The notes under the pieces: generated by a model
Seen by the model: the letters and a program-made list of their open reading frames with translations, nothing else
Database searches by the model: none
What the model was told of the DNA's origin: nothing
Made by a program: the position numbers and the translations under genes
Origin: Raja brachyura
Taxonomy: Eukaryota
Assembly: GCA_963514005.1 (NCBI GenBank)
Contig: OY740792.1
Span: 36,022,001 to 36,086,000, forward strand
Length of the DNA: 64,000 nt
Reading direction: 5' to 3'
Part shown: piece by piece, positions 1 through 11,640 of the stretch
Numbering within the stretch: position 1 is the stretch's first letter
Layout of the letters: each line of letters opens with the position of its first letter

Positions 1-889
1 GGTATGGAGAGAAGGCAGGTACAGGATACTGAGTTGGATGGTCAGCCATGATCATATTGAATGGCGGTGCAGGCTCGAAGGGCCGAATGGCCTACTCCTG
101 CACCTAACTTCTATGTTTCTAGAAGGGTCTAAGAAGGGTCTCGACCCGAAACGTCGCCTATCTCCTTTGCTCCTTAGATGCTGCTGCACCCGCTGAGTTT
201 CTCCAGCTTTTTGTGTAACCCTCGATTCTCCAGCATCTGCAGTTCCTTCTTTAACAATTCTATGTTTCTATGTTTCTATAATGCGTAATGGATAATGTAG
301 GGTGATTGCTGGTCGGCATGGACTCGGTGGGCCGAAGGGCCTGTTTCCATGCTGTGTCTCTAAAGTCTAAAGTTTAAGTGAATTGGAGGTGATTTAGGTT
401 GATAAGGGCGGGTTCTCATGTGAGAAACTGAAAGCACATTTAAGGAGAAAAAAAATGGCGTTTGGAAAAACTTTAATGTCTAAATTCTCAACTGAACACA
501 CGTAGTTAGTGATAGTGAACAATAATTGGTACCAATAATTGGTACCTATCTTTGCCTGGGAGTAGATGGATATTATGCTACTTCCTTCAGCTTCTTGGAA
601 CCTTGCTAATGAAGGCGTTGAGAGGCTTGCTGCTTTATTACGAAAGACAACACAATTTGCATAATCGCCTTCCCCAGAAGCTAAATCTGGCCGATAGTTT
701 CATTAGTACACACAAAAGCAGGAGAGTTATTACCCAAACTACAGCTTCTACTTCTCAGACTATGCATATTTCTAGTTTGACTTAACGAGGGCCTGTAAAC
801 AATCCAAAATTTTGATTAAAGGATTATTATTTGTTTTTGACGGTTGCTACAATTTGTAGTAGTCCAAAATCTAGGTGATTTATCTATTC

Positions 890-1610
890 AGAGTCAAAAG
901 AGAGTCAAAGAGTCAAAAGGGTTTATTGTCATGTGTCCCTGACAGGACAATGAAAATCTTTCTTTGCATAGCACAACAGAACATAGAAGGCATTGACCAC
1001 AATTCTATACGTAAATACACCCATGAATTAATAAATTAATAAAGTGCAAATAGCAGATGGAGGGATATTAATGTTCAGAGTTCCGAGCTAAGTTTTATAG
1101 CCTGATGGCTGTGGGGAAGTAGCTATTCTTAAACCGGGTTGTTGCAGTCTTCAGGCTCCTGTACCTTCTACCTGAAGGTAGCAGGGAGATGAGTGTGTGG
1201 CCAGGGTGGTGTGGGTCCTTGATGATGCTGCCAGCCTTTTTGAGGCAGCGACTGCAATAAATCCCCTCGATGGAAGGTAGGTCAGAGCCGATGATGGACT
1301 GGGCAGTGTTTACTACTTTTTGTAGTCCTCTCCTCTCCAGGGCGCTCAAGTTGCCGAACCAAGCCACGATGCAACCGGTCAGCAAGCTCTCTACTGTACA
1401 CCTGTAGAAGTTAGAGAGAGTCCTCCTTGACAGACCAACTCTCTGTAATCTTCTCAGGAAGTAGAGGCGCTGATGAGCTTTCTTAATAATTGCATCTCTC
1501 GGACCAGGAAAGATCTTCACAGATGTGCACGCCCAGGAATTTGAAGCTCTTGACCCTTTCAACCATCGACCCGTTGATATAAACAGGACTGTGGGTCCCC
1601 ATCCTACTCA
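890..1610 (-). mobile_element. Rex/Babar-type LINE 3' fragment
   Basis: ORF 1095-1562 (KKAHQRLYFLRRL...FYRCTVES...IIKDPHHPGH...LLPSGRRYRS...RFKNSYFPTAIRL) is the C-terminus typical of this clade. Short tandem tail (AGAGTCAA)n near 890-917. Similar shorter pieces at about 7220-7370, 17800-18050, 38740-39030 and 45100-45250. Confidence 0.8.
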
Positions 1611-3789
1611 GAATGATTGGTTCAGCGTTTCAGTCAAGTTTCTATTCACACTTGCACCAATTTCTGATTATTTTTTGACTAACCTGTCTACTAGTTCCAC
1701 TGTTCGCATCCTTGTTCGCATCCAGGGGGAAATCCTTTAGGACCGAGATTAGGAGGACTTTTTTCACACAGTGAGTGGTGGGTCTCTGGAACTCTCTGCT
1801 ACAAAGGGTAGTTGAGGCCAGTTCATTGGCTATATTTAAGAGGGAGTTAGATGTGGCCCTTGTGGCTAAGAGGATCAGAGGGTATGGAGAGAAGGCAGGT
1901 ACGGGATACTGAGTTGGATGATCAGCCATGATCATATTGAATGGTGGTGCAGGCTTGAAGGGCCGAATGGCCTACTCCTGCACCTATTTTCTATGTTTGT
2001 AGTCAGCACATCTTCCCCAGCCAACAATGGGCCATTATGGACTCCACCCTTCCTGAGGTAATGTGTAGCCGGCTCTGATTCTGGCCTTTTCTCGCCTCCA
2101 GCCCCTCTCTCCCCTCCCCCTCCCTCCACCTCTATCTTCTAGTCGGAAGAAGGGTCCCAACCCTAAACATTCCCGCTGAGTTACTCCAGCACTTTGTGTC
2201 TATCTTTGGCCCAGTCAAAAAAAAAACCATAAAGTGCTGGTGTAACTCAGATAGTCAGGCAGCATCTCTGGACAACATGGCTAAGTGACGGTTCGAGTCA
2301 GGACCGTCTTTTGACTGATTGTAGGGGTGGGAGAAGACTGGCCCACTCACGACTTTCCTTTGCAATTCAGGATTGATTGATTGCAAAATACAACATGGAA
2401 ACAGGCACTTAGGCCAAACGAGTCCTTGCCGACAATTGACAACCCGTTCACACTAATTCTATGTTATTCTGCTTCCTTTCATCCACTCCCTATACACTAG
2501 GGGCAATTTACAGAGGCCCAATTAACCTACAAACCTTCATGTCTGTGGGATGTAGGAGAAAACCAGGGATGATGGTTGAAGCAGATACGTTAGTGGTCTT
2601 TAAAAGACTTTTAGATACCCATAACCATCCTTGGCAGTGCGTACCAGGCACTCACCACCCTCTGTGTAAACAAATGTGCCCTGGACTTTGGTTTTTTAAT
2701 TATAAGTTTAGTGTATTGTCTCGTTTACCAAGGTACAGTGAAAAGCTTTTGTTGCCTAGTGATACTGTTAATAATTTAGAAATAAAGATCTGTAGATACT
2801 GGTTAATACATAAAGTGCTGGAGTAAGTTCATAAGTCACAGGAGCAGGATTAGGCCATTCGGCCCATCGAGTCTACTTTGTCTTCAATAATGGATGATCT
2901 ATCTCTCAAATTCATCCTCCTGCCTTCACCCTGTAACCTTTGACACTCTTATTAATCAAGAATCCGTCAATCTCTGCTTTAATAATTTACAATTTAACAA
3001 TTTAACAGTCTCGGTTAGAGACCAATGTTGGGAAGCTCCAGTCGCAAGAGGTTCGACTTGCCCCGACCCGCGGTCCGATCGCACGGCGTGGGGGACCTGA
3101 AATCCCCCCGATGCGGGAGCGTGATCGCCCCGATGCAGAGGGCTGGGTCGCCGATTACGGGAGCCAAGATCGCCCTGACAACAGAAGGCTCGAGGCCCCC
3201 GACCACAGGATAACAAAGAAGGGAGAGATTTAACTTTTATTTCGCCTTCCATCACAGCGAGAAATGTGGAGGGGTCACTGTGGTGGATGTTTATGTTAAA
3301 ATGTATTTTGTATGTCTTGTTGCTTTTTATTGGTATGACTATGGCAAATCAATTTCCTCGCATGTTGTAAAACATACTTGGCTAATAAAGTATGATTATG
3401 ATTTAGGGACAATTTACAATTTTTATTGAAGCCTATTGACCTACAAATCTGTACATCTTTCGAATGTGGGGGGGAAACTGGAGCACCCGGAGATAACCCA
3501 CTCGGACACAGGGAGAATGTACAAACTCTGTACAGATAGCACCCGTAGTCAGGATCGAACCCAGGTCTCTGGTGTTGTAAGGCAGCAATTCCACTGCTGC
3601 GCCACTGTGGCACCCTTCTTCGATTCCAAAACGTCACCTATCCATGTTAATAATCTGTTACATTATTGATTGTTTTATATTTATCTGTGTGCTATTGCAT
3701 ATACAGGCCTGTATAGCTCCAGTAAGTACGAGTTTCATTGATTTTTCAGTGACTACAACAATTAAACACTCTTGACCTGTACAGCTTTC

Positions 3790-4543
3790 ATCATAATCAT
3801 TATCATAATACCACTTTATTAGTCATGTATGTTTTGCAACATACGAGGAATTTGATTTGTCATACAGGCACACCAATAAAGAGTAACAAGACACCCAAAC
3901 AAAATTTTAACATGAACATCCACCACAGTGACTCCCCCACATTCTTCACTGTGATGGAAGGCAAAAAAAGTTCAATCTTCTTCCCTTCTTTCTTCTCCCG
4001 CGGTCGGCGCGCGGAAGGTTCATTCCGTTGTCGGGGCGATCTTGGCTCCCGCAGCCGGTGGTCGAGCAATCCACGTCGGGGCGATCAGGCCCTCACATCG
4101 GGGGGATCTCAGCTCCCCCGTGCCGGGTGATCGGACCCCAGGTTGGGGCTAGTCGAACTTCCTACGACTTTAGAGCTTCCCGACATGGTCTCTACCCGAG
4201 ACTGCGAGCTCCTCGATGTTGAAATCCGCAGGCCACGGTTGGAGCGTTGATCCCAGGCTCCGATGATAACTCTACGGCCCCGCGGTGGGGCTCAAAGTCA
4301 GTCTCGAGCAAGGCCGCCAGCTCCATGACGTTAGGCCGCAGAGCGACCGGAGATACGGTCCGGAAAACAATTGGACTCCGGCAAGGTAAGAGATTGAAAA
4401 AAAAATTCCCCCGACCCCCCCCCCCCCCACATAAAACAAACCAGAGAATGTTAACACATACTTTTAAAACACACAAAAAAATAACAAAGAAGCCGAAGAC
4501 AGACAGACCGTTGGTGAGGCTGCCATCGCTGACGGCGCCACTC
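3790..4543 (-). mobile_element. GC-rich non-coding retroposon with a Rex-like 3' end
   Basis: 3' end on the minus strand, CAAATCAAATTCCTCGTATGTTGCAAAACATACATGACTAATAAAGT plus (ATG/ATT)n tail, resembles the Rex element 3' end at 57703-57745. Related copies at about 3015-3402(+), 49660-50350(+) and 54510-55250(-). Confidence 0.7.
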
Positions 4544-6304
4544 AGTGCATATCCACAATTAGCCAGTCAGCAAGATGCACTCCCCATGAAACTAAACATA
4601 GCGCAGTGCCGCTCAGATAGCAACCTCTGGATGCTCACACATAAATCTTGCCTGAAGGGTTTGTACCATTTCTGCGACAGAAGCAGTGAATGCTCAGAGT
4701 CTCGCTTTCATCTTGACAGTAGATCGTGGCCTCTAACACAGCGCTAAGGTTTTAACAACATTACAAATTCATCTTGTACAGCCACCATTCTAATTGGAAA
4801 GATGTTGCCAGGACTCGAGGGCCCGAGAGGGAGTGGTAGAGCAGGCTAGGATTCTATTCCTTGGAGCGCAGGAGGATAAGGGATGATCTTATAGAGGTGT
4901 ATAAAATCATGAGAGTATATATTGGGTAAACACACAGAGTCTCTTGCCCAGAGTAGGGGAATCTGGAACCAAAGGACATAGGTTTAAGGTAAAGGGGGGG
5001 GGGAAGATTTAATAGGAACCCGAGGGTAACTTTTTTTACACAAAGGGTGGTGGGCGTATGGAACGAGCTGCCAGAGGTAGTTCAGGCTGGTACTATTGCA
5101 ATGTTTAAGAAACGTTTAGACAGGATATTTAGAGCGATATGACTCTGCCTCTACAAACTTAGAGGAGCTGCCTCGTGTTGAATTGGCATTTATCAGTGTA
5201 GATTGGACTCATTACAATCAGGTCCTTTGATTTAGAGTGAGCTGTTCTCGAGATTTGACACTTAACATCTTGTTTATACACAAAATGATAAAGTCAGATA
5301 CAGCATTCAGAGATGCATCAAAACAACCCGATTATCTGCAGAAACAAGGAACTGCAGATGCTGGCTTACAAGAAAATGACACAAAGTGCTGATGTAACAC
5401 TGTGGATCCGGCAGCATGTCTGGAGAACATGGATAGGTGATATTTTAGGTCAAAACCCTTTTTCGGACTGATTGTAGGGGGGGGGGGGGGGGTTGGGGAC
5501 AAAATGTAGAAACATGAAACTGCAGTTGTTGGTTTACAAAAATAATACAAAGTGCAAATGTGACAATGTGCAAACTCCGTACTGACAGCACCCAAGGTTT
5601 GGATCAAACCTGGGTCCCTGGTGCTGAGGCAGTGGCTCTACAAGCTGCACCACTGCGCCTTCTCGCTCTCCTGTCCCAGTGTATAATCTGTCCTCTGACA
5701 TTGGTTTGAAAACTGTTTAAGAAAGAACTGCAGATGCTGGAAAAATCGAAGGTAGACAAAAATGCTGGAGGATCTCAGCGGGTGAGGCAGCATCTATGGA
5801 GAGAAGGAATTGGTGACGTTTCGGGTCGAGACCCTTCTTCGGACTGATTTGTAAACTGTTCTGATTTATGCTTGCTCTTGTAAAAATATTAACTTCTTGT
5901 AAATAAATGTACAACTGACAGACACTCAAGTGCAAAAGCAAATTATGCAATTAAAGGCTGAAATTGGACTTTTAATTAAATGAATTTTAATTTTAAGAAG
6001 CCAGAAAGGTCTAAGGTTTTTATGATGATTGGACCTCCATAATGCTGTCACTAAATGAGGCAAGGGGCAAATTTTACTAAAGAATTGTAGGAAATCAAGA
6101 GAAATTAAACTGCAAAACTCAGTTTTCTCCTTCCAATTATATTAAACAACAAAGCTGTGGAAGATTAATTAGCAAACTGCAGATTTGTCTCGATATATTT
6201 TGCCATTTTGATGCATTATCAGGGTGGTAGCCATGTACATGTCCAAATGTCTTTTTAACATTTCAATAAGTAGACTTGAAAATTGTACCTGGCTCAGAAA
6301 CCTC

Positions 6305-6750
6305 TTAGAAACATAGAAAAATAGGTGCAGGAGTAGGCCATTCAGCCCTTCGAGCCAGCACCGTCATTTAATATGATCATGGCTGATCATCTAAAATCAG
6401 TACCCCGTTCCTGATTTTTCCCTTTATCCCTTGATCCCTTTAGCCCTAAGAGCTAAATCTAACTCTCTCTTGAAAACATCCGGTGAACTGGCCTCCACTG
6501 CCTTCTGTGGCAGAGAATTCCACAGATTCACAACTCTCTAGGTGAAAAACGTTTTCCTCATCTCAGTCCTAAATGGCCAACCCCATATTCTTAAATTGCG
6601 ACCCTTGGTTCTGGACTCCCCCAACATTGGGAATATTTTTCCTGCATCTAGCCTGTCCAATCTTTTAAGAATTTTATGTTTTTACAATAAGATATCCTCT
6701 CATCCTTCTAAATTCCAGTGAATACAAGCCCAGTCAACCCATTCTTTCAT
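6305..6750 (-). mobile_element. CR1 LINE 3' fragment
   Basis: Homologous to 40450-40880 (ataggtgcaggagtaggccattc...ctggactcccccaacat), with the (ACATAGAA)n tail. Confidence 0.8.
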
Positions 6751-7586
6751 CATGGAACATGGATAGGTGACGTTTCACAGAGTGCTGGAGTAACTCAGCG
6801 GGTCAGGCAGCATCTCTGGAGAACATGGATAGATGACATTTCAAAGAATGCTGGAGTAACTCAGCAGGTCAGGCAGCATCTCTGGAGAACATGGATAGGT
6901 GATGTTTCGCATCAGGACCTTTCTTCAGCCTGATTGTGGCGGGGGGGGGGGGGGGGGGGGAGGAGGAGGAAGGGCAGGGCAAACCCTGGCAGGTAGTAGG
7001 TAAACACAGGGGAGGGGAGTGTACCTGAGGAACCTGAAGGTTTAGAGGGATACGGACCAAGTGCGGGCAGGTGGGACTGGTGTAGATGGGACATTTTAGT
7101 CGGTGTGGGCAAGTTGGGCCGAAGGGCCTGTATCCACACTGTATCACTCTATGACTCCGTGAAAAGACGGAAAGTGTGTGGCAAAAGGATTTTTCCTGGC
7201 CTTGGTCCAACCATCTGCTGATCAAAGACCCGCACCACCCTGACCACGCTCTCATCTCGCTGCTGCCATCGGGAAGAAGGTACAAGAGCCTGAAAACCGT
7301 GACCTCCAGGTTCAGGTACAGCTTCTTCCCAGCAACCATCAGGCTCTTGAACACTGCACAACACTAACCCCAGCAACTGACATCTTCTATCAATTGTCTT
7401 TGGCCTGTAATAGGAAAGATGTTTGTCAAGCTGGAAAGGGCACATAGAAGATTGCCAAAACGTGAGAGTCCAAGCTATAGGGAGAAGTTGAGTAGGCTGG
7501 GACTCTATTCCTTGGAGCACAAGAGGATGAGGGGTGATCTTATAGAGATATTTATATTTATGAGAGAAATAGATGGGGTGAATGCA

Positions 7587-8623
7587 TAGTCTTGGTATGT
7601 TCCAAAACTTACCTTTAGCGGGGCTGCAGTTCCACCACTGCCCTTGTGCGCGACTTTGGCGCCTTTGAGAGGGGGGCGGGTTTAAAATGCCGTTTACTCC
7701 AGACTATTCAAATCGATTAATCTCAGGGGGTTTAGTTGCTGAAGAGAAATCGCTCCGACATTTGTTTAATGGAGTTATTTTTAGACTACGCTGGATCATT
7801 TATTAGCAGGAGTAAATTAAAAAATCATCTTCTAAAGCCGTGAACGCCGACAACGGGACGGATCTCACTTAGGGGACAAAACAAGGTACACAGTTTATTT
7901 TTACATAAAAACGTGCTTCTTAGGATGCCTTTAATCAAAATTTCACGTTGCGAAAAGGTGACTTAGAAAATATACAAACCGGCAGTATTTTTCCTGCCGA
8001 CTGGGGGTTAAATTCACCGCAAACCGCAACGTTCCAAACGATCGCGTTCCACAAAAACCCACTTGCAAGATGATTTAAATGGTCATTAATTTTTGGGAAT
8101 TAAACACTAAATTCCTTCAATTTGGCCTATAAATTCATGACATTGAGACTTAAAAATCATGTTATATTGTGAATTCTTGTGTGAATGTTATTTGGACACT
8201 TAGGCTTTTTAAAAATGTTAACCTTTTTTTAAGAAATGGATAGATGTTTAGATCTAGTAATTGAATTTTGTAATTAGCTACAATTAGGTAACTAACTAAT
8301 TATATGTTTTAATTTCAGGTCATCCAAGTAAGATTGTTTCAGAATGCTTCAATCTATAATAACTGAACATTTCATTCAGTTCTCTTAATTTTTAAGAAAG
8401 TTATGGGCTTTTGATGGTCCTTGATCACAGCTTTTGTGTTAAGTCACTGGAAAAGCAATGGGGAACAAGATGCTAATTTCTGAGTGTGAAAATGGCCATA
8501 ACGTTTTTAATACTGAAGATATGAAAGCAAATTAGGTGTCAAATTAAACTTCTTTTATGCTTTATCTGATGGGTTAAATTGCAGACTTGGTTTTTAAAAT
8601 CTCAAAATGTTGTAACATTGCTA
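7587..8623. mobile_element. Unclassified ~1-kb insertion splitting a CR1 fragment
   Basis: The CR1 host sequence ggtgaatgca...catagtctcttgcccagag is continuous across the insert. Termini are TAG...CTA, or alternatively there is a 7-bp TSD CATAGTC. No ORF. Confidence 0.65.
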
Positions 8624-10794
8624 CATAGTCTCTTGCCCAGAGCAGGTGAACCCAGAGGATATTGGTTTAAGGTGAAGGGGGAAAGATTTAATAGGAATCT
8701 GAGGGGAAACGTTTTCACACAAAAGGTGGTGGGTGTATGGAACGAGCTGCCAGCGGAGGTAATTGAGGCTGAAACTATCCAAAGATTTAGAACAGTTAGA
8801 CAGGCACATGGATAGGACAGGTTTAGAGGGATATGGACCATACACAGGCAGGTGGGACTAGTGTAATTGGGACATGTTGGCAGGTGTGGGCAAGTTGGGA
8901 CGAAGGGCCTGTTTGCACACTGTATGACTGACTCCATGACTATGACTCACTGACTGTATGTCCCAGTTTTACTGATCATTAACTTATTGTATTACTATAA
9001 TTGCACATTATGTGTGTGTTATTGTGTTCGTGGGCCTGTAAAGCTGCACCACATATAAATTTGATTGTCCCGTTATCAATACATATTGATCAAGAAATAC
9101 ATGACTTGAGTAAGGTGGAAAGAATGCAAAGATGATTTATGAGGATGTTGCCAGGACTCGAGGGTCTGCTGCTATTTACCGGAGTTGGCAGGAACCCAGT
9201 GATTCCCACGTGTGAGACACGCAAGGAATTGCAGGTGCTGGAACCTTGAACAAAACACAGTGCTGAAGGAACCTTCTGGCAGCTCTTTCCATATATATAC
9301 CCACCACTCTCTGTGTGAAGAGGTTGCCTCTAAGGTTCCTATTAAATCTTTCCCCTCTCACTTTAAACCTACTTCTGGTTCTTTATTCCCCAACCCTGTG
9401 TATAAAACTCCAGGCATGCACCCTATCTATTCCTCTCATGATTTTATACAATTCTGCAAGATCACTCCTCATCCTCCTGTGCTCCAAGGAATAGAATCCT
9501 GGTCTGCCCAACCTCTCCCTAAAGCTCAGACCCTCAAGTCCTGGCAACATAGTCATAAATAATCTTTACACTATAAAACACAGAAAACAACAATATTTAA
9601 CTCTACCAATTGGGAAAAAAAAGTGAAAAGCAATGTTTCTTAATATCCTTTTCGGAAGATGATGTGAAGTTAACTTCCCACCAAAGCTCCAACTTCATTA
9701 GTATTCAGCCTAACTGCGCTTCTGTGGAATCTTCAGGGGTCAATTCAAAAAACAGTCAACAAACAATATATACCTGAAACAGCAGCAATTTGTAAGGCTA
9801 GGGCCAATATGAGATAATGCTAAAGAACCGGGGAGAAACAGCACAATAAATGAGTCAAAATGTAATAACAAGGGACTGCAGTTGCTGATTTATACCAAAG
9901 ATAGATACACAATGCTGCAGGGTCATATACAAATGTGTATTCTCAGTACCGTTCCACTGTGTGGCAGCACAATGGCACAGCTGGTAGAGCTGCTGCCTCG
10001 CAGCACCAGAGACCCGGGTTTGATCCTAACCTCAGGTGCTGTCCATGTGTGGAGTTTGCACTGTGACTGTTTTCCCTGTGACTGGTTTCCTCCCACATCC
10101 CAAAGGCGTGCAGGTTTAGCGGTTGTAGTTTTGGATCACCAAATCCATGCCAACCATCAATCGCCCGCTCACGCACCCATTCTATGCTATCCCACTTTTG
10201 CATCCACCTCATACACATTAAGGGCAATTTGCAGAAGCTAATTCACCTACAAAAGGTTAATTGCCTGTTGTAAAATTGCTCCTAGTGTGTAAAGAAGTGA
10301 ATGAGAAAATGGGAGAATCTGGAACTAGTTTGAACGGGTGATCTATGGTCAGCGTGGACTCGGTGGGATGAAGGGCCCGTTGCCATGCTGTAGAGACACA
10401 GCAGTTTTGGTTTAGAAACTAAAGCAAAACTTACCAGCTATCAATTTCCTCAGTTAAATATCAAGCAATCTGATCTTGGGTAGGATGATGAAGTGCATGT
10501 AAATTAAACATGTAATATTAATGGATTTCTAAATAATTTGTTGGATGTGAAAATATAATTTTAATTAATTCAGGTTCTTTTTTTTAAAAATCTCATCAAT
10601 TTCAAACAGAAAATATAAGAAACACTCAGTTAGTCAGGGACTAGCTATTAGAAGAAATGGCAAGAGAGAAATCAAAGATGAATGAATATATCAAGGGTGG
10701 ATTTAGTCTGTTGGAAAAGGAAGCATAAAACATTAGTTGGAACGATCAAGGAACACTCCACAATTGGAGAATTGTGTTCATTTCTGATCAGCCG

Positions 10795-11640
10795 GCCATC
10801 GGAAGCATGCCATTAAATTGGAAAGAACGTAGTGAAAATTGACAAGGATACTGAGCTACAGGGAGAGGTCGGGCAGGATAGAATTTTATTTCTTGGAGCG
10901 CAGGAGGCTGAGAGGAGATCTTGTGGAGGTGTATAAAATCATGAGGGGAATAGATAGGGTGAATGCACAGAGTCTGTTACCCAGAGTAGGTGAATCAAGA
11001 ACCACAGGACACAGGTTTAAGGTAAGATTATTAAGGGTTTGGACACAATAGAGGCAGGAAACATGTTCCCGATGTTGGGGGAGTCCAGAACCGGGGGCCA
11101 CAGTTTAAGAATAAGGAGTAAGCCATTTAGAACGGAGACGAGGAAACACTTTTTCTCACAGAGAGTGGTGAGTCTGTGGAATTCTCTGCCTCAGAAGGCG
11201 GTGGAGGCAGGTTCTCTGGATGCTTTCAATAGAGAGCCAGATAGGGCTCTAAAAAATAGCGGAGTCAGGGGATATGGGGAGAAGGCAGGAACGGGGCACT
11301 GATTGGGGATGATCAACCAAGATCACATTGAATGGCAGTGCTGGCTCGAAGGGCCAAATGGCGTACTCCTGCACCTATTGTCTGTTGTGAGAGGAGCAAC
11401 TTTTTTCACACAGAGGGTGGTGGGTACATGGAAAAAGCTGCCAAAGGAGATAGTTGAGGCAGGTATATGGGTAGGAAAGGTTAAGGGCAAAAATAGTTAC
11501 GGGCACGTAAAAGACACATTTGGTCAGGTATATGGGTAGAAAGGTTTAGAAGAACATGTAGGCAAATGGGACTAACTTAGATGGGGCATCTTAGTCGGCA
11601 TGGACGTGTTGGGCCAAATGGCCTGTTTCCATGCTGTATG
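10795..11640 (+). mobile_element. Nested CR1 3' fragments (one subfamily inserted into another)
   Basis: A YFLERRRLRGDLVEVYKI segment is interrupted near 11025 by an FPMLGESRTGGHSL...WNSLP segment, then resumes near 11390 (FFTQRVVGTW). Confidence 0.72.

Noticed and set aside
4247-4747. 166-aa ORF and other ORFs in GC-rich repeats (3015-3255, 49976-50333, 54702-55143)
   Set aside because: The frames are not conserved between homologous copies and reflect the low stop-codon density of GC-rich DNA.
9963-10040. tRNA-like sequences with A/B boxes (many copies)
   Set aside because: They are V-SINE heads continuing into the V-domain and CR1-like tail, not complete cloverleaf tRNA genes.
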